Positions 16,881 through 26,790 are shown, counted from the stretch's first letter. The stretch is 56,332 nt of DNA from Lentisphaeria bacterium (GCA_041690595.1 JAWLHB010000003.1:248001-304332), one strand, 5' to 3'. Translations and numbers: made by a program. Notes: generated by a model from the sequence alone, not told the origin.

Positions 16881-19361
16881 ATGCGGCAGGCGCTGATCGT
16901 CGCCATGCTGCTATGGGGCAGCTTGGCTGTGGCCCAGTCGCCCCCCATACCGACTCCCGACTCCCCCCTGCGCCTGCTCGATCTGCGCTGGCTGGCCCGT
17001 CCTATGCAGGAGGCGCCATTCCTCATCGATGCGTGGATAGCCCCACCGGCGGAACCGCCGTCGGAAGGTGACCTGCGCCTCATTGCCGAGGTCGACGGTC
17101 CGGGGGTCATGCAACACCTCATGCTCACGCCCCAGCACCAGTGGATACTTGAAGTCGACGGCAACGTCATTTATGACGGCACCCCGGGTGACGAGTGGCG
17201 GCAAACCGCCAATATGGCGCTTCAATCGGGACCGGGTGAACGCCCATGGGCCTGGCCTCTCGCCCAGCTCACCGGCGCGGATGCTCAGGTCATCCTGCCG
17301 ATCCCCTTTGTGTCGAAAGTGCGTATCCTATCGAAACAGGCGCAAGCGCGTCTCTGGCTGGCCGGGCTGCACTTGTCGCACCCGCCTGAACGACGTTTTG
17401 GCGATGATCGCTGGCGGGCAGAGCTGGATCGTGCCATCGATCACCTCGGTGCCATCCACACCGACACGCGAAGCGCCCCGCCGGTGGAGTCATGGCAGGG
17501 TCTGACACCACTACCCGGCACGGAGGTACTGCCGGTCTCTGCTTACACTCCTCCCGCCGGCCGTGCCAATCTCTTCACCCGAGCTGGAGCCGGCGAGATC
17601 GTCGGCATGCGCTTCGAGCTGCGCCCTTCCTTTTTCAACCGACTACGCTATCTGGTTGTGGAGATTACCACGGATCAGGCAGAGCAGCCGGCGATACGCC
17701 TGCCGCTAATCGACCTGGTCGGCAGCATGTACCCCTTCTTTCGCGGCTGGGCTTTCACGCACGGCACCTGGGTGGCGGGCCTGCAGCATCCTGCCTGGCA
17801 TCAGCCTTGGGCAGTCGCTTGGTTTCGCCTGCCGATACCCTTCGCGGACGGCATTCGCATCGATCTTCTGAATCGTCATCCCGATCTGCCCCTGCAAGTT
17901 GATGGACGCATCCAGCTATCGCCGCTCTCCCCGGAGGAAGCCGCCGTCGCCTGGCGCCTCTCCGGCCATCGGCATGACCACGACTTGCCCATGGAAGAGG
18001 GCGAGAGCCTCGAGTTGATGCGCTTTGCGGCTGAAGGGCGCCTCGCCATGCTCAGCTTCCTCAGCACTGGACATCAAAGACTCTACCATTCGCAATGGCC
18101 ACACCGCATTCAGCTCAGCCTGCACGATGGCGACGATGTTGCAGCTTCCGGCTTCCCCTTCTTTCCTTTGGGGCGAAGCCCCTTTAACGCCAAGCCAATC
18201 ACCACCACCTGGTCGCACGTACCGTACGACGAGCACGATATCATGGGCGGCAGCCGAACCTACTGGGTAGCCCCGCAGCCACTCAGCGCAGGTGGCGCGA
18301 TTCATTATGCCGCCGGCGGCTCCGATGGGCCAGCGAAGGCGGAGTCCGCCACCCTCTGGTATCAGCCGGTGGCCGTGCCCGCTCCCGCGCTGGCAACCGC
18401 TCCCGCTCCACTCCCGACTCGCTGGAACAAGCCGCTTGCGGCAGTCGCTCCAGGAGGTTGGTCGGAGGAGGCCGAAGAACTGCTTCCGCACGCCATTGCG
18501 AGCGGTGGTGACGTGTATGTCGAGCGGCGGATAGCGCTGGATGCCCAGGCATCGGGGGATGCCGCTCTGGCCTGGAATCCCCCCGCCATGGGCGACACAC
18601 TGGATCTTCTGGTCCTCTCGCCACCCACACCTTATGTGATGGTCAAGATCCGTCCACTCTCGCTACCGGGGGGCGGACGCTTCGGGGTATGGCTCCTGCC
18701 CGTGGACCACGACGATGTGATCCCCCTGTGGGCGCCGGGCGACAGAGACTTTCTTGCACGTGTGCTAGGTCGAATCGACCTTCCCTACCCTGTCGACTGC
18801 TACCAGAGCGTTCCATTTCAGCATCAATTGCACAATGTCGCCACCGTCTGCCTTCGAAATCCGTCGCCGGACGATCTGGTGCGCCTGCGCTTCGTGGCGG
18901 CTGGGGGACGCGGAACCGGCCAATTGCTGGCCGTGGATCAGATCACTATGAATCCCGCTCCCCCCTCACCAGTGGGCTGGCATGAAATGGCCGATCTCCC
19001 GCCCATTTGGGCCAATACCGGCATCACCGCCGTCCCCATGGAGGTCGGCCGTCTCGATTTCCACGGCGGTGGCGGAATGCGCCTGCACGCAGCCGCTTCC
19101 GGCTCCCTGCGCCTTCGCCTGCTCGATCCCACCGCGCCAAGGAACGGCACGTGGGAGGTTCGCGGCCTGGTGGAGAGCGGTCAGTGGAGCTTGCAGTCAG
19201 CCGACGGCGCCCTCGTTTCGCTCGGGCAATCCGGGAAAGAACCAGTAGTCTGGACTCTGCCATCGAGCAGCTCTCAGGAGCAGGATCTCATAATCGAATG
19301 CGCGCCCGGCGGCGGCACGCTCCTGCTCGATTCCTGGCGCCTGACGACACCTCAGCCCTGA
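16881..19361 (+). CDS. Secreted DUF2961/GH172-related multidomain protein
   Basis: Signal peptide; twice-occurring patterns EVDGPGVMQHL...LPIPFVSKVRI and AGAGEIVGMRF...LPIPFADGIRIDL, typical of DUF2961 jelly-roll domains; alternative GTG start at 16872. Confidence 0.55.
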   Translation: MRQALIVAMLLWGSLAVAQSPPIPTPDSPLRLLDLRWLARPMQEAPFLIDAWIAPPAEPPSEGDLRLIAEVDGPGVMQHLMLTPQHQWILEVDGNVIYDGTPGDEWRQTANMALQSGPGERPWAWPLAQLTGADAQVILPIPFVSKVRILSKQAQARLWLAGLHLSHPPERRFGDDRWRAELDRAIDHLGAIHTDTRSAPPVESWQGLTPLPGTEVLPVSAYTPPAGRANLFTRAGAGEIVGMRFELRPSFFNRLRYLVVEITTDQAEQPAIRLPLIDLVGSMYPFFRGWAFTHGTWVAGLQHPAWHQPWAVAWFRLPIPFADGIRIDLLNRHPDLPLQVDGRIQLSPLSPEEAAVAWRLSGHRHDHDLPMEEGESLELMRFAAEGRLAMLSFLSTGHQRLYHSQWPHRIQLSLHDGDDVAASGFPFFPLGRSPFNAKPITTTWSHVPYDEHDIMGGSRTYWVAPQPLSAGGAIHYAAGGSDGPAKAESATLWYQPVAVPAPALATAPAPLPTRWNKPLAAVAPGGWSEEAEELLPHAIASGGDVYVERRIALDAQASGDAALAWNPPAMGDTLDLLVLSPPTPYVMVKIRPLSLPGGGRFGVWLLPVDHDDVIPLWAPGDRDFLARVLGRIDLPYPVDCYQSVPFQHQLHNVATVCLRNPSPDDLVRLRFVAAGGRGTGQLLAVDQITMNPAPPSPVGWHEMADLPPIWANTGITAVPMEVGRLDFHGGGGMRLHAAASGSLRLRLLDPTAPRNGTWEVRGLVESGQWSLQSADGALVSLGQSGKEPVVWTLPSSSSQEQDLIIECAPGGGTLLLDSWRLTTPQP

Positions 19362-19583
19362 GACCTGCCCACGCTCAGAAGACCCGCCTGGCTGCAGCGC
19401 ATTCCTGGCGCCGGTGTGGCCATGAAGACCAAACCAGGCATCCCTGCGAAACACATCGCCGCATCCCCGCGGGTTCTGCGCCGTCAGCGATCATGGGGCC
19501 GTCATTCCATGCGAACGTTTCGGGCTGGATACCGCACGACTGCCAGGCAGATGTCGTACGGCGATCCAGCCGCCCATGTTGCC

Positions 19584-21623
19584 TTACTTCTCAGACGGTA
19601 CCACGATACCGCGCATGATGATGTTCTGGCAGAAGAGAAAGATCAGGAATGTTGGAATGGCGGCGATGATCAGCGATGCGTACATCACGGGCTGTCCCAT
19701 ACGCTGTTGCAGCTGGTACAACCAGACCATCAAGGTCCACATCTTTTCGTCCTGACAGACGACGAAGGCGAACATGAAGTTGGAGTAGGCCATGTTGAAG
19801 GCTTGCAGGGCAATGACCGCCAGAATGGGCTTCGAGAGGCTCATGGCTATCTGCCAGAAGAGGACCCATTCACTGGCCCCGTCAAGCTGGGCGCTCTCGT
19901 ACAGTTCCTGAGGCTGAGCGTCGAAGAAACCCTTGAGGAGGAAGATGCTGTAGCCGTTGGCCAGGCCCGGCAGAATCAGGGCCGCAAAGGTGTTCAGCAG
20001 GCCGAAATGACGCAGCATCAGGAAGTTCGGGATCGACGTCACCATGGGCGGGAAGGCCATGGTGCAGAGCATGAAGAGCAGGATCTTGTAGCTCGACGGC
20101 ATCTTGTATCGACTCATGGCATAGGCAGCCAGCGGGTTTACCAGGAGTGCCGAGAGGATCGCCAGCGTGCAGTAGACCACCGTATTGAAGATGCCACGAC
20201 CATGGAAGAGCATATACTCGGCCACGGTCTTGTAGTTGCGCGTGACAAATTCCCACTTGAGCGGTCCGCGATTCTCAACGAAATAGGCGAAGTGCATCTC
20301 TCGCTGCGGGAAGCCGGCATCCTCAATTTGGGTATACGCAGTCCCCAGCGCGGCATTCACCTGCTCGACACTGCCATACGTCTCCAGCAGATAATCGCGA
20401 TAGCGGGTTTCGAGCGTGTTCAGGTAGAGCATCTCTGGCGGCACCTGCCACATGGTCTCGCTGGTGGGATCGTTCCAGCCTACGATGAACTCCTCCCAAT
20501 CGGTGGCGGACATGCCGTCAAAGGGTACTTCATCGATAAGCTCGATCTCAGAAAAAGAGCCATAGCTGGTTTCATAGAGACGATTGAGATTCTCGATCTT
20601 CAGGTGGCGCGCTTGCAGGTACTTCTGGTACATGTCGGTGGCAGACTCATCGACACGAATGAAGTGCAACCCGATAGTGTCGCGGACGAACCCAGTCCAA
20701 TCTTCGCGCTCCTTCGGGTTCTCCGGGACCCGCCGCGAGAGATGCACGTCGTCCCAGGATGCATAATCCGTCTCATGCGCCGTGTTGTAGCCTTCAATAT
20801 CCAGCCCGTACAACACCTTCAGATAGAACTTCTTGTAGTAACCCTCGGCGGAGAAGTAATAGCGCAGCCCTTGGTCGACCGTTTCCTTGTAGGCATCGAG
20901 GTGCTGCTGGAAGTCGTTCGCCCGGGGCTTCTCCCGACGCTGCAAGTATTGCTCAGCACCCACGAAGACCCAGTTCCATTCGGCGAACTCCGTGCCCAGT
21001 GCCGCATTCACGGTCTCGATATCCTTGCCGTACTGCTCCCGCAACCAGTTCTTGAAGCCGCGCAGGTTCATGGCAACCGTACGCGTGACGGGGGTCTCGA
21101 AGTAACCGATTCCGTAGTAATAATCGGGCAGCTCGGCCGCCTCGATAAAGGCCAGAGCCTCATCCGCCAGCCGCTGGTTCACGTGCTCTTCGGTCACCCA
21201 ACTCTCGGTCGCTTCTTCGACCAGAGCATCGAAGTCACGCTTGTCGTACTTCTCTCCTCTTTCTTTCGCCGCCTCGGCCAGCTCATCCTCGGCTTTGCTC
21301 AGGGCTTCGACCTTGTCATCCAAGCCGGGTGGCAGGACCTTCTCGAAGTTGACATCCTCGGAATCATAGGCAGCGTTCAGGAAGGGCACTGTGTCATTGA
21401 AGAGTCCTTCGACATGCTTGCGGTAGAGCCACACGTCGTTGTGCAGAAAGCGCGGATACGCATCGAAGTACCGGATATCCACCGCGCTCTTCGTGCTGCC
21501 GGAGATCATCAACAGGAAGGGGTAGAACATGGTTATCGCGCCAATGATCAGAAAGGCATACATGCCGAAATAAAGGCTTCTGACCTTGAGCGACTGAGAT
21601 CCGATTCGAGAGATAATGGCCAT
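19584..21623 (-). CDS. Carbohydrate ABC permease (MalG-like) with ~400-aa extracytoplasmic insertion
   Basis: N-terminal TM YPFLLMISGS; C-terminal AAYAMSRY, LYESAQLDGAS (EAA loop), LSKPIL, FCQNIIMRGI. Confidence 0.9.
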   Translation of the reverse strand: MAIISRIGSQSLKVRSLYFGMYAFLIIGAITMFYPFLLMISGSTKSAVDIRYFDAYPRFLHNDVWLYRKHVEGLFNDTVPFLNAAYDSEDVNFEKVLPPGLDDKVEALSKAEDELAEAAKERGEKYDKRDFDALVEEATESWVTEEHVNQRLADEALAFIEAAELPDYYYGIGYFETPVTRTVAMNLRGFKNWLREQYGKDIETVNAALGTEFAEWNWVFVGAEQYLQRREKPRANDFQQHLDAYKETVDQGLRYYFSAEGYYKKFYLKVLYGLDIEGYNTAHETDYASWDDVHLSRRVPENPKEREDWTGFVRDTIGLHFIRVDESATDMYQKYLQARHLKIENLNRLYETSYGSFSEIELIDEVPFDGMSATDWEEFIVGWNDPTSETMWQVPPEMLYLNTLETRYRDYLLETYGSVEQVNAALGTAYTQIEDAGFPQREMHFAYFVENRGPLKWEFVTRNYKTVAEYMLFHGRGIFNTVVYCTLAILSALLVNPLAAYAMSRYKMPSSYKILLFMLCTMAFPPMVTSIPNFLMLRHFGLLNTFAALILPGLANGYSIFLLKGFFDAQPQELYESAQLDGASEWVLFWQIAMSLSKPILAVIALQAFNMAYSNFMFAFVVCQDEKMWTLMVWLYQLQQRMGQPVMYASLIIAAIPTFLIFLFCQNIIMRGIVVPSEK

Positions 21624-21640
21624 GGTAGTATTCTGCTCCC

Positions 21641-24600
21641 CTATTCCTTGTTCCCCGTCGTCTTGAACTCAAGACGGGAGAGGATGCGTAACTGATAGAC
21701 AGTGAAACCGATCAACATGAAGCCGAGGATCCATGCCATGGCCGCGGCCGGACCAAACTTCAGATGCAGATAGGCCTTGTAGAAGATATGCAGGCCGGCT
21801 ACTTCCGTATTGCTGCCGCCACCGGTCATCGCCAGGATGTAGGCGCTGCTGTTCCAGGCGCCGATGAAAACACCGACGAAGTTGATGATGAGCAGCGGCT
21901 TGAGGATCGGGATCACGATGAACAGGATTTTGTCGATGAAGGTGGCGCCATCGATATCCGCCGCTTCGTAGAAGTCGGGAGCGATGCCCTTGAGTGCGGC
22001 AAGATAGATGAGACATCCGGGTCCCATGCCGGCCCATACCATCGGGATGACGCAGCAGATCATCGCCGTTCGATCATCATCCAGCCAACGATAGGCCTCG
22101 GGCTGCACCAGGTACAGGGTCGACATTCCGCCCATCTCACGGAGAAAGACCTGCAGATAGACAAAGATGCCCAGCATCACCAGACTGAAGATGCTGCCGA
22201 CCAGCAGCGACATGTAGCTGTTGTTCAGCGCACTTCCCATCGCCGTTCGAATCACCTTCCACAACAGATAGGCGAGGAAGGCGAAGATGGCGGCGATAAC
22301 CGCCCAAACGGGAAACCAGATCAAGCCGCTGTACCAGCTCGCCGCCTGGTCGTGCAGGGAAAAGATCTGTCTGACAAAGCCGTAGGCGAAGGTAAAGAGG
22401 GTGATACCCGCCCCCAGACAGAGGAGCGCCGGCCAATAACTCTGGTGGATGTAGAGCCGCTTGGCGAAGAAAAACATGATCGTAAAGAAGAGCAGGCCGA
22501 TGAGGATGTAGCCAAGCGCTGGAATGCTCATGACGATCGTATTCAGCACGCCGAATTCATTGGGCTCATAGAAACTGCGCCACAGGTAGATCACGACCAG
22601 CCCGGTGATCACCGCCGGCAGGTAGAAGATCGTCCGGAAGAGAATCTTGCCGTGGGGTATTTCGTCCAGAAGGACAGCCAGAATGACCGGTGGCAGGAAG
22701 GTCAGGCTGATGACCAGAATGCTGTACCTGACGGAGTTCCAGACAGCCATCCACCAAGCGTGATCCCAGAGGATGTTACCGAAGTTGTCAATGCCGACCC
22801 AGACGCTATCCCCCACGATCTGGTAGTCCTGGAACGCCATGAGGGAGCCAATCATCAGCGGTACGTACTGCCAGACAAAAATGGAGAGGACCGCCGGCAG
22901 GATGATGATGTAAGCGAGGCCGTACTTCTTGAAGCCCCATTTCTGCTTCTTCTCCGTATGCTGCACCTCCGGTGGCGTGAAGGCTTTGAAGATCTTGCGG
23001 AAGACCAGCGCAAAGGCAATCGCAATGAGGACCAGCAGGACTGCCGCTGCCGAGCGGCGCACCATCAACTGCCGCGCCGTCAAGACGCCGATCATCTTCT
23101 CGTTGGCGTTGCGTGCGGCAGCATTGGCCTCCACGTCGATGATGGCGATGCGTTCCTCCGTCACCTTGCGGTTGAGAGCCTCCAGCTTATCGCGCACCGC
23201 AAGCAGATCGGACTCCGCGGCTGACTCGATCTGTTGATTGAGGATAGCGGCGGCGCTACGCACCTTTTCCAGATCCTCGTCGGCGGCGGCTTGTTCGAGC
23301 AAGCCATGCACTTCCAGCGCCGGCGCCTTCAAGCCGGAATTCGCACGTTCATTCACGCCGGTTACGTGCTTGACCAGAACCATCGCCTCGCCCAGCAGAC
23401 TGGAAACGGTATACGGGCTCTTTGCTGTATCCGCGAGATAGACGTTCAGTTTGTCGCGCAAAACGAAGAGGCGCTCATTGATGCCCATAGCCTGTTCCAG
23501 CAGAAACTGGGCCTGCACCAGGCTGGCGTTATTTCGCCGGTCGATGGCCCTCTCCAGCAACTCGTTGGCGCGGATGAGATTGTCATCCTCGCTCCGCTTC
23601 TCGATGACTGGCTGGAGCATCGCGTGCACGGCGCGGATGGCGTCTTCATCGGCCCTGGGCATGCTGTTGCTCAATTCCAAGTCGCGAACAGCCTTGAGGG
23701 GATCGGTCATGTACTCATAGACACGCTGACTATTGCGACCGTAGGGCTCGGGCTTGCCGGTCTCGATGGCGATCTGGAAGATCTCCTCCCAGCCTTTCGG
23801 CGCGAGGCGGATGATGTCTTCGTAGCCAAACATCTTGAGGTAGCGCGGATTGACGAATCGTCCGAGTCCTCCTTCCACCATCAAGCGGGTCTGTACCTCC
23901 ATGGCCTCCTTACTGTCGATGAAGCGAAGGTATTCCCAAGCCGCGTCGCGAATCACTTGGCTCTCGACGCCGGAATAGATGCCATTCATGCGGGAATTCA
24001 GCTCGCCGCCGCGATTACCGCCTGGGCCGAAAGGAACCGGCACCATGCCAACCAAGTCGGGATTCAGGGTGGCAAAGAGCTTCTCGTCGATGTAGGTAGC
24101 CATGAAGCCAATCTGGCCAAGGTCCCACTTGCGCGTCTCATCCACTTCCATGGCGGCATAGCCATAGCGGCGATTCCCTTCATCATCGAACCAGATCTCG
24201 GCGCACAGACGGGTATAGTAGTCGATGGCCTCGGCACCGGCCCTGCTGTTGAAGGTAGCGTACCATTGATCCTCTTCCTCGTCGTACTCCATGGCTTCGC
24301 CGCCGGCGCTCCAAAGGAAGGTCACCCAGAACCAGGATTCCGACTTGCCCTTGCCGAAGCGAATGCCATAGGTGCCCTTCGCGGGATCCGTCAATTTGCG
24401 GCAGGCGCGATAGAGATCTTCCCACGTCCAGTCGTTCTGCGGGTAAGGCACACCGGCTGCTTCCAGAAGATCCTTTCTATACACCATGACCTTACCCAGA
24501 ACGCCACCGGAGGGCTTTGCCCAAACGTGTTCCTCACCGTCAGGCCCGCGGCGCCGGATCACCGGCCATGTCTTCGGGTGGATCTGAAAATCCTTCTCTT

Positions 24601-25090
24601 CCTCGGTCATCCCGGCAATGTAATTGTCTTCGGGAAGATCAAGAGGATAAAGAAATCCCTGCTGAATGTAGGTGTCCGATTGGCGAAAGTTCACATAGAT
24701 AATATCCGGGGAGACGCCGCCCGCGATCGCCATCAGCGGCCCCGAGTCCATGCTCTGGCCTTCGACGCTGATGCCGCTGAAACGGTGCAGCTCGATCTTG
24801 ACGTTGTCCCAGTCAAAATCCCCGTACGTGGCCGGATCCGCCTTGTACTTGGCGGCATAGCGCTCCTTGAAGATCTCGGGAAAGCGCTCGAGGAAAAGCT
24901 TCATCGTCTCGTAGTCGGCCTTGCTCTTCGTATCGACACGAGTCGGGTCGGGCAACGACCAGAGCTTCAGGTTGATGACTGTCTTGCCGTCTTTTTCTTC
25001 AATCCATCCGGCGCGGGTGAGTGATGATGCCACGACCATCGTAACGATGGCCAGCAAAGCGATAGTCTGTAGACGTACAAACCTGGTCAT
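21641..25090 (-). CDS. Fusion of extracellular sugar-binding protein and carbohydrate ABC permease (MalF-like)
   Basis: Signal peptide at MTRFV; IAGGVSPDI, YRKDLLEAAGV, WTWEDL, AAWEYLRF (SBP family 1); C-terminal FRTIFYLPAVI, YLAALKGI...YEAADIDGA, GPAAAMAW in one open frame. Confidence 0.9.
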   Translation of the reverse strand: MTRFVRLQTIALLAIVTMVVASSLTRAGWIEEKDGKTVINLKLWSLPDPTRVDTKSKADYETMKLFLERFPEIFKERYAAKYKADPATYGDFDWDNVKIELHRFSGISVEGQSMDSGPLMAIAGGVSPDIIYVNFRQSDTYIQQGFLYPLDLPEDNYIAGMTEEEKDFQIHPKTWPVIRRRGPDGEEHVWAKPSGGVLGKVMVYRKDLLEAAGVPYPQNDWTWEDLYRACRKLTDPAKGTYGIRFGKGKSESWFWVTFLWSAGGEAMEYDEEEDQWYATFNSRAGAEAIDYYTRLCAEIWFDDEGNRRYGYAAMEVDETRKWDLGQIGFMATYIDEKLFATLNPDLVGMVPVPFGPGGNRGGELNSRMNGIYSGVESQVIRDAAWEYLRFIDSKEAMEVQTRLMVEGGLGRFVNPRYLKMFGYEDIIRLAPKGWEEIFQIAIETGKPEPYGRNSQRVYEYMTDPLKAVRDLELSNSMPRADEDAIRAVHAMLQPVIEKRSEDDNLIRANELLERAIDRRNNASLVQAQFLLEQAMGINERLFVLRDKLNVYLADTAKSPYTVSSLLGEAMVLVKHVTGVNERANSGLKAPALEVHGLLEQAAADEDLEKVRSAAAILNQQIESAAESDLLAVRDKLEALNRKVTEERIAIIDVEANAAARNANEKMIGVLTARQLMVRRSAAAVLLVLIAIAFALVFRKIFKAFTPPEVQHTEKKQKWGFKKYGLAYIIILPAVLSIFVWQYVPLMIGSLMAFQDYQIVGDSVWVGIDNFGNILWDHAWWMAVWNSVRYSILVISLTFLPPVILAVLLDEIPHGKILFRTIFYLPAVITGLVVIYLWRSFYEPNEFGVLNTIVMSIPALGYILIGLLFFTIMFFFAKRLYIHQSYWPALLCLGAGITLFTFAYGFVRQIFSLHDQAASWYSGLIWFPVWAVIAAIFAFLAYLLWKVIRTAMGSALNNSYMSLLVGSIFSLVMLGIFVYLQVFLREMGGMSTLYLVQPEAYRWLDDDRTAMICCVIPMVWAGMGPGCLIYLAALKGIAPDFYEAADIDGATFIDKILFIVIPILKPLLIINFVGVFIGAWNSSAYILAMTGGGSNTEVAGLHIFYKAYLHLKFGPAAAMAWILGFMLIGFTVYQLRILSRLEFKTTGNKE

Positions 25091-25376
25091 TGGTGCAATT
25101 CCCCTTGCGACACTGATGTCCGCTCCTATTTCCACGCTCACGTAGTCTGCCCCGGTTGAAGGTTGGCAAGCCGTTCTCACCCACCGCGGGAAAGCATGAA
25201 CTTTACTTCCCAAAGTGCTCCCTCGCAACCGGAGACTAAACTTATTTGCGCGCCAAATCAGCCTCCCTTGCCTGCGGGCATTTGCCAATGGGCCACGCCA
25301 CGGCTTATGTTAACACAAACGGACCGAAAAGAAAGCGCCCACGAGCGTTGAACGTCTTATTGTCGAGAGCTTCACC

Positions 25377-26234
25377 ATGGCCGAGTCGATTCGCCAAGCC
25401 GCTGTAGCCGGCCGCTTTTATCCGGATGATACGGGGCGGCTGGTGGCCTTCATGCAGGAGCATGTGGCGCCGGAGAGCGCGGGGGGTGGCCGAGCGATCC
25501 GCGCCGTCATTGCGCCGCATGCGGGCTATCAGTTTTCCGGCCGGACAGCCGGGCAGGCCTTCCATCAGATCGCACCCGGCAGCTTCTCCCGTGCCATTGT
25601 CCTGGGCCCGACCCACTACCTCGCCTTTCGGGGCCTCGCGGTCGCCCCGCATGAATGCTTTCGCACTCCTTTGGGCGATGCCCGGATCGACACCGTGGCG
25701 GCCAGGGAGATAGCCGACGGCGACCACCGCTTCTCTCTGCGCCCCGACGCCCATCAGCAGGAACATGCCATCGAAGTACTCATACCGTTCATCCAGTACC
25801 TCAATCCTGATGCACTGTTGCTCCCCATCGCGGTCGGCGAGATGACCCTTCAGGACGTCTACGATGCCGCCGATCGCCTGCTGCCCTTCTGGAACGAGGA
25901 GACGCTGGTCGTTGTGAGCTCGGACTTCACGCACTATGGAGCCCACTTCAACTATTTTCCCTTCTCCACACGTGAGGCCGCCGAGAGCCTGCGGACGCTC
26001 GATGGAGGCGCCATCGAGCAGATCAAACTCGCCAGCGCTGAAGGCTTTCTGGCCTATGTGGAACGCACCGGCGCCACGATCTGCGGCCGATTTCCCATCG
26101 CGGTTCTGCTCGCCATGATGGAGAAGAAAGGTGGTCTGGACACCATTGACTTGATCGACTACACTACCTCAGGAGAACTCACCCGCGATTACAGCAGCTC
26201 CGTCAGCTATGCATCCATAACCATCAGCGACTGA
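25377..26234 (+). CDS. amrB: MEMO1 family protein (AmmeMemoRadiSam system protein B)
   Basis: RQAAVAGRFYP, APHAGYQFSG, LGPTH, EHAIEV, SSDFTHYG, TICG, SVSYA. Confidence 0.92.
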   Translation: MAESIRQAAVAGRFYPDDTGRLVAFMQEHVAPESAGGGRAIRAVIAPHAGYQFSGRTAGQAFHQIAPGSFSRAIVLGPTHYLAFRGLAVAPHECFRTPLGDARIDTVAAREIADGDHRFSLRPDAHQQEHAIEVLIPFIQYLNPDALLLPIAVGEMTLQDVYDAADRLLPFWNEETLVVVSSDFTHYGAHFNYFPFSTREAAESLRTLDGGAIEQIKLASAEGFLAYVERTGATICGRFPIAVLLAMMEKKGGLDTIDLIDYTTSGELTRDYSSSVSYASITISD

Positions 26235-26238
26235 TTTC

Positions 26239-26790
26239 ATGTCCACTCTGTCCACCGTCGAAAAGCGATTGCTCATCGATATCGCCAGATCGACCATCCG
26301 TGAGCATTTGAACAATCGGGAACTGGCGCTTCCGCCCGATCTTCCGCTCAACCTGTGGGAGTTTGGCTCTTCTTTCGTCACCCTCAGACAGGGGGACAAG
26401 TTGCGAGGCTGCATGGGTGACCTGGAAGCTCGCCTGCCCGTGGTCGAGAGTGTACGACACAACGCCCTCAATGCCGCCTTTGCCGATCCACGGTTTCACC
26501 CCGTTTCCATGGGAGAGCTGCCCGAGTTGCTTCTCGAAATCACTTGCCTCGGCCCCTCCCGCGTTGTCGCTGGGGTCAAGGACATCATTCTTGGCAAGCA
26601 TGGTATCGTCTTCCACAAGGATGGCCGACAGGCCGTATTCCTGCCTCAGGTCGCCACCGACAATGGCTGGGATCTGGAGACTACCCTCGGCCATCTCTCC
26701 AGGAAAGCTGGATTCGCCCCCAATGCTTGGCGCCAGGGTGCCACCTTCGACATCTTCGATGGGGAAGTCATCGACGAGAGCGACCTCTGA
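26239..26790 (+). CDS. amrA: AMMECR1 domain protein (AmmeMemoRadiSam system protein A)
   Basis: FVTL...LRGCMG, AAFADPRF, AVFLPQVA, KAG; 4 nt after the amrB stop. Confidence 0.92.
   Translation: MSTLSTVEKRLLIDIARSTIREHLNNRELALPPDLPLNLWEFGSSFVTLRQGDKLRGCMGDLEARLPVVESVRHNALNAAFADPRFHPVSMGELPELLLEITCLGPSRVVAGVKDIILGKHGIVFHKDGRQAVFLPQVATDNGWDLETTLGHLSRKAGFAPNAWRQGATFDIFDGEVIDESDL

Noticed and set aside
19416..21695. 759-aa plus-strand ORF, and similar long ORFs at 13634-15760, 21764-25024, 27978-29555, 42642-44816 and 51458-53527
   Set aside because: Antisense shadows of well-supported genes in GC-rich DNA; no motifs and atypical composition.
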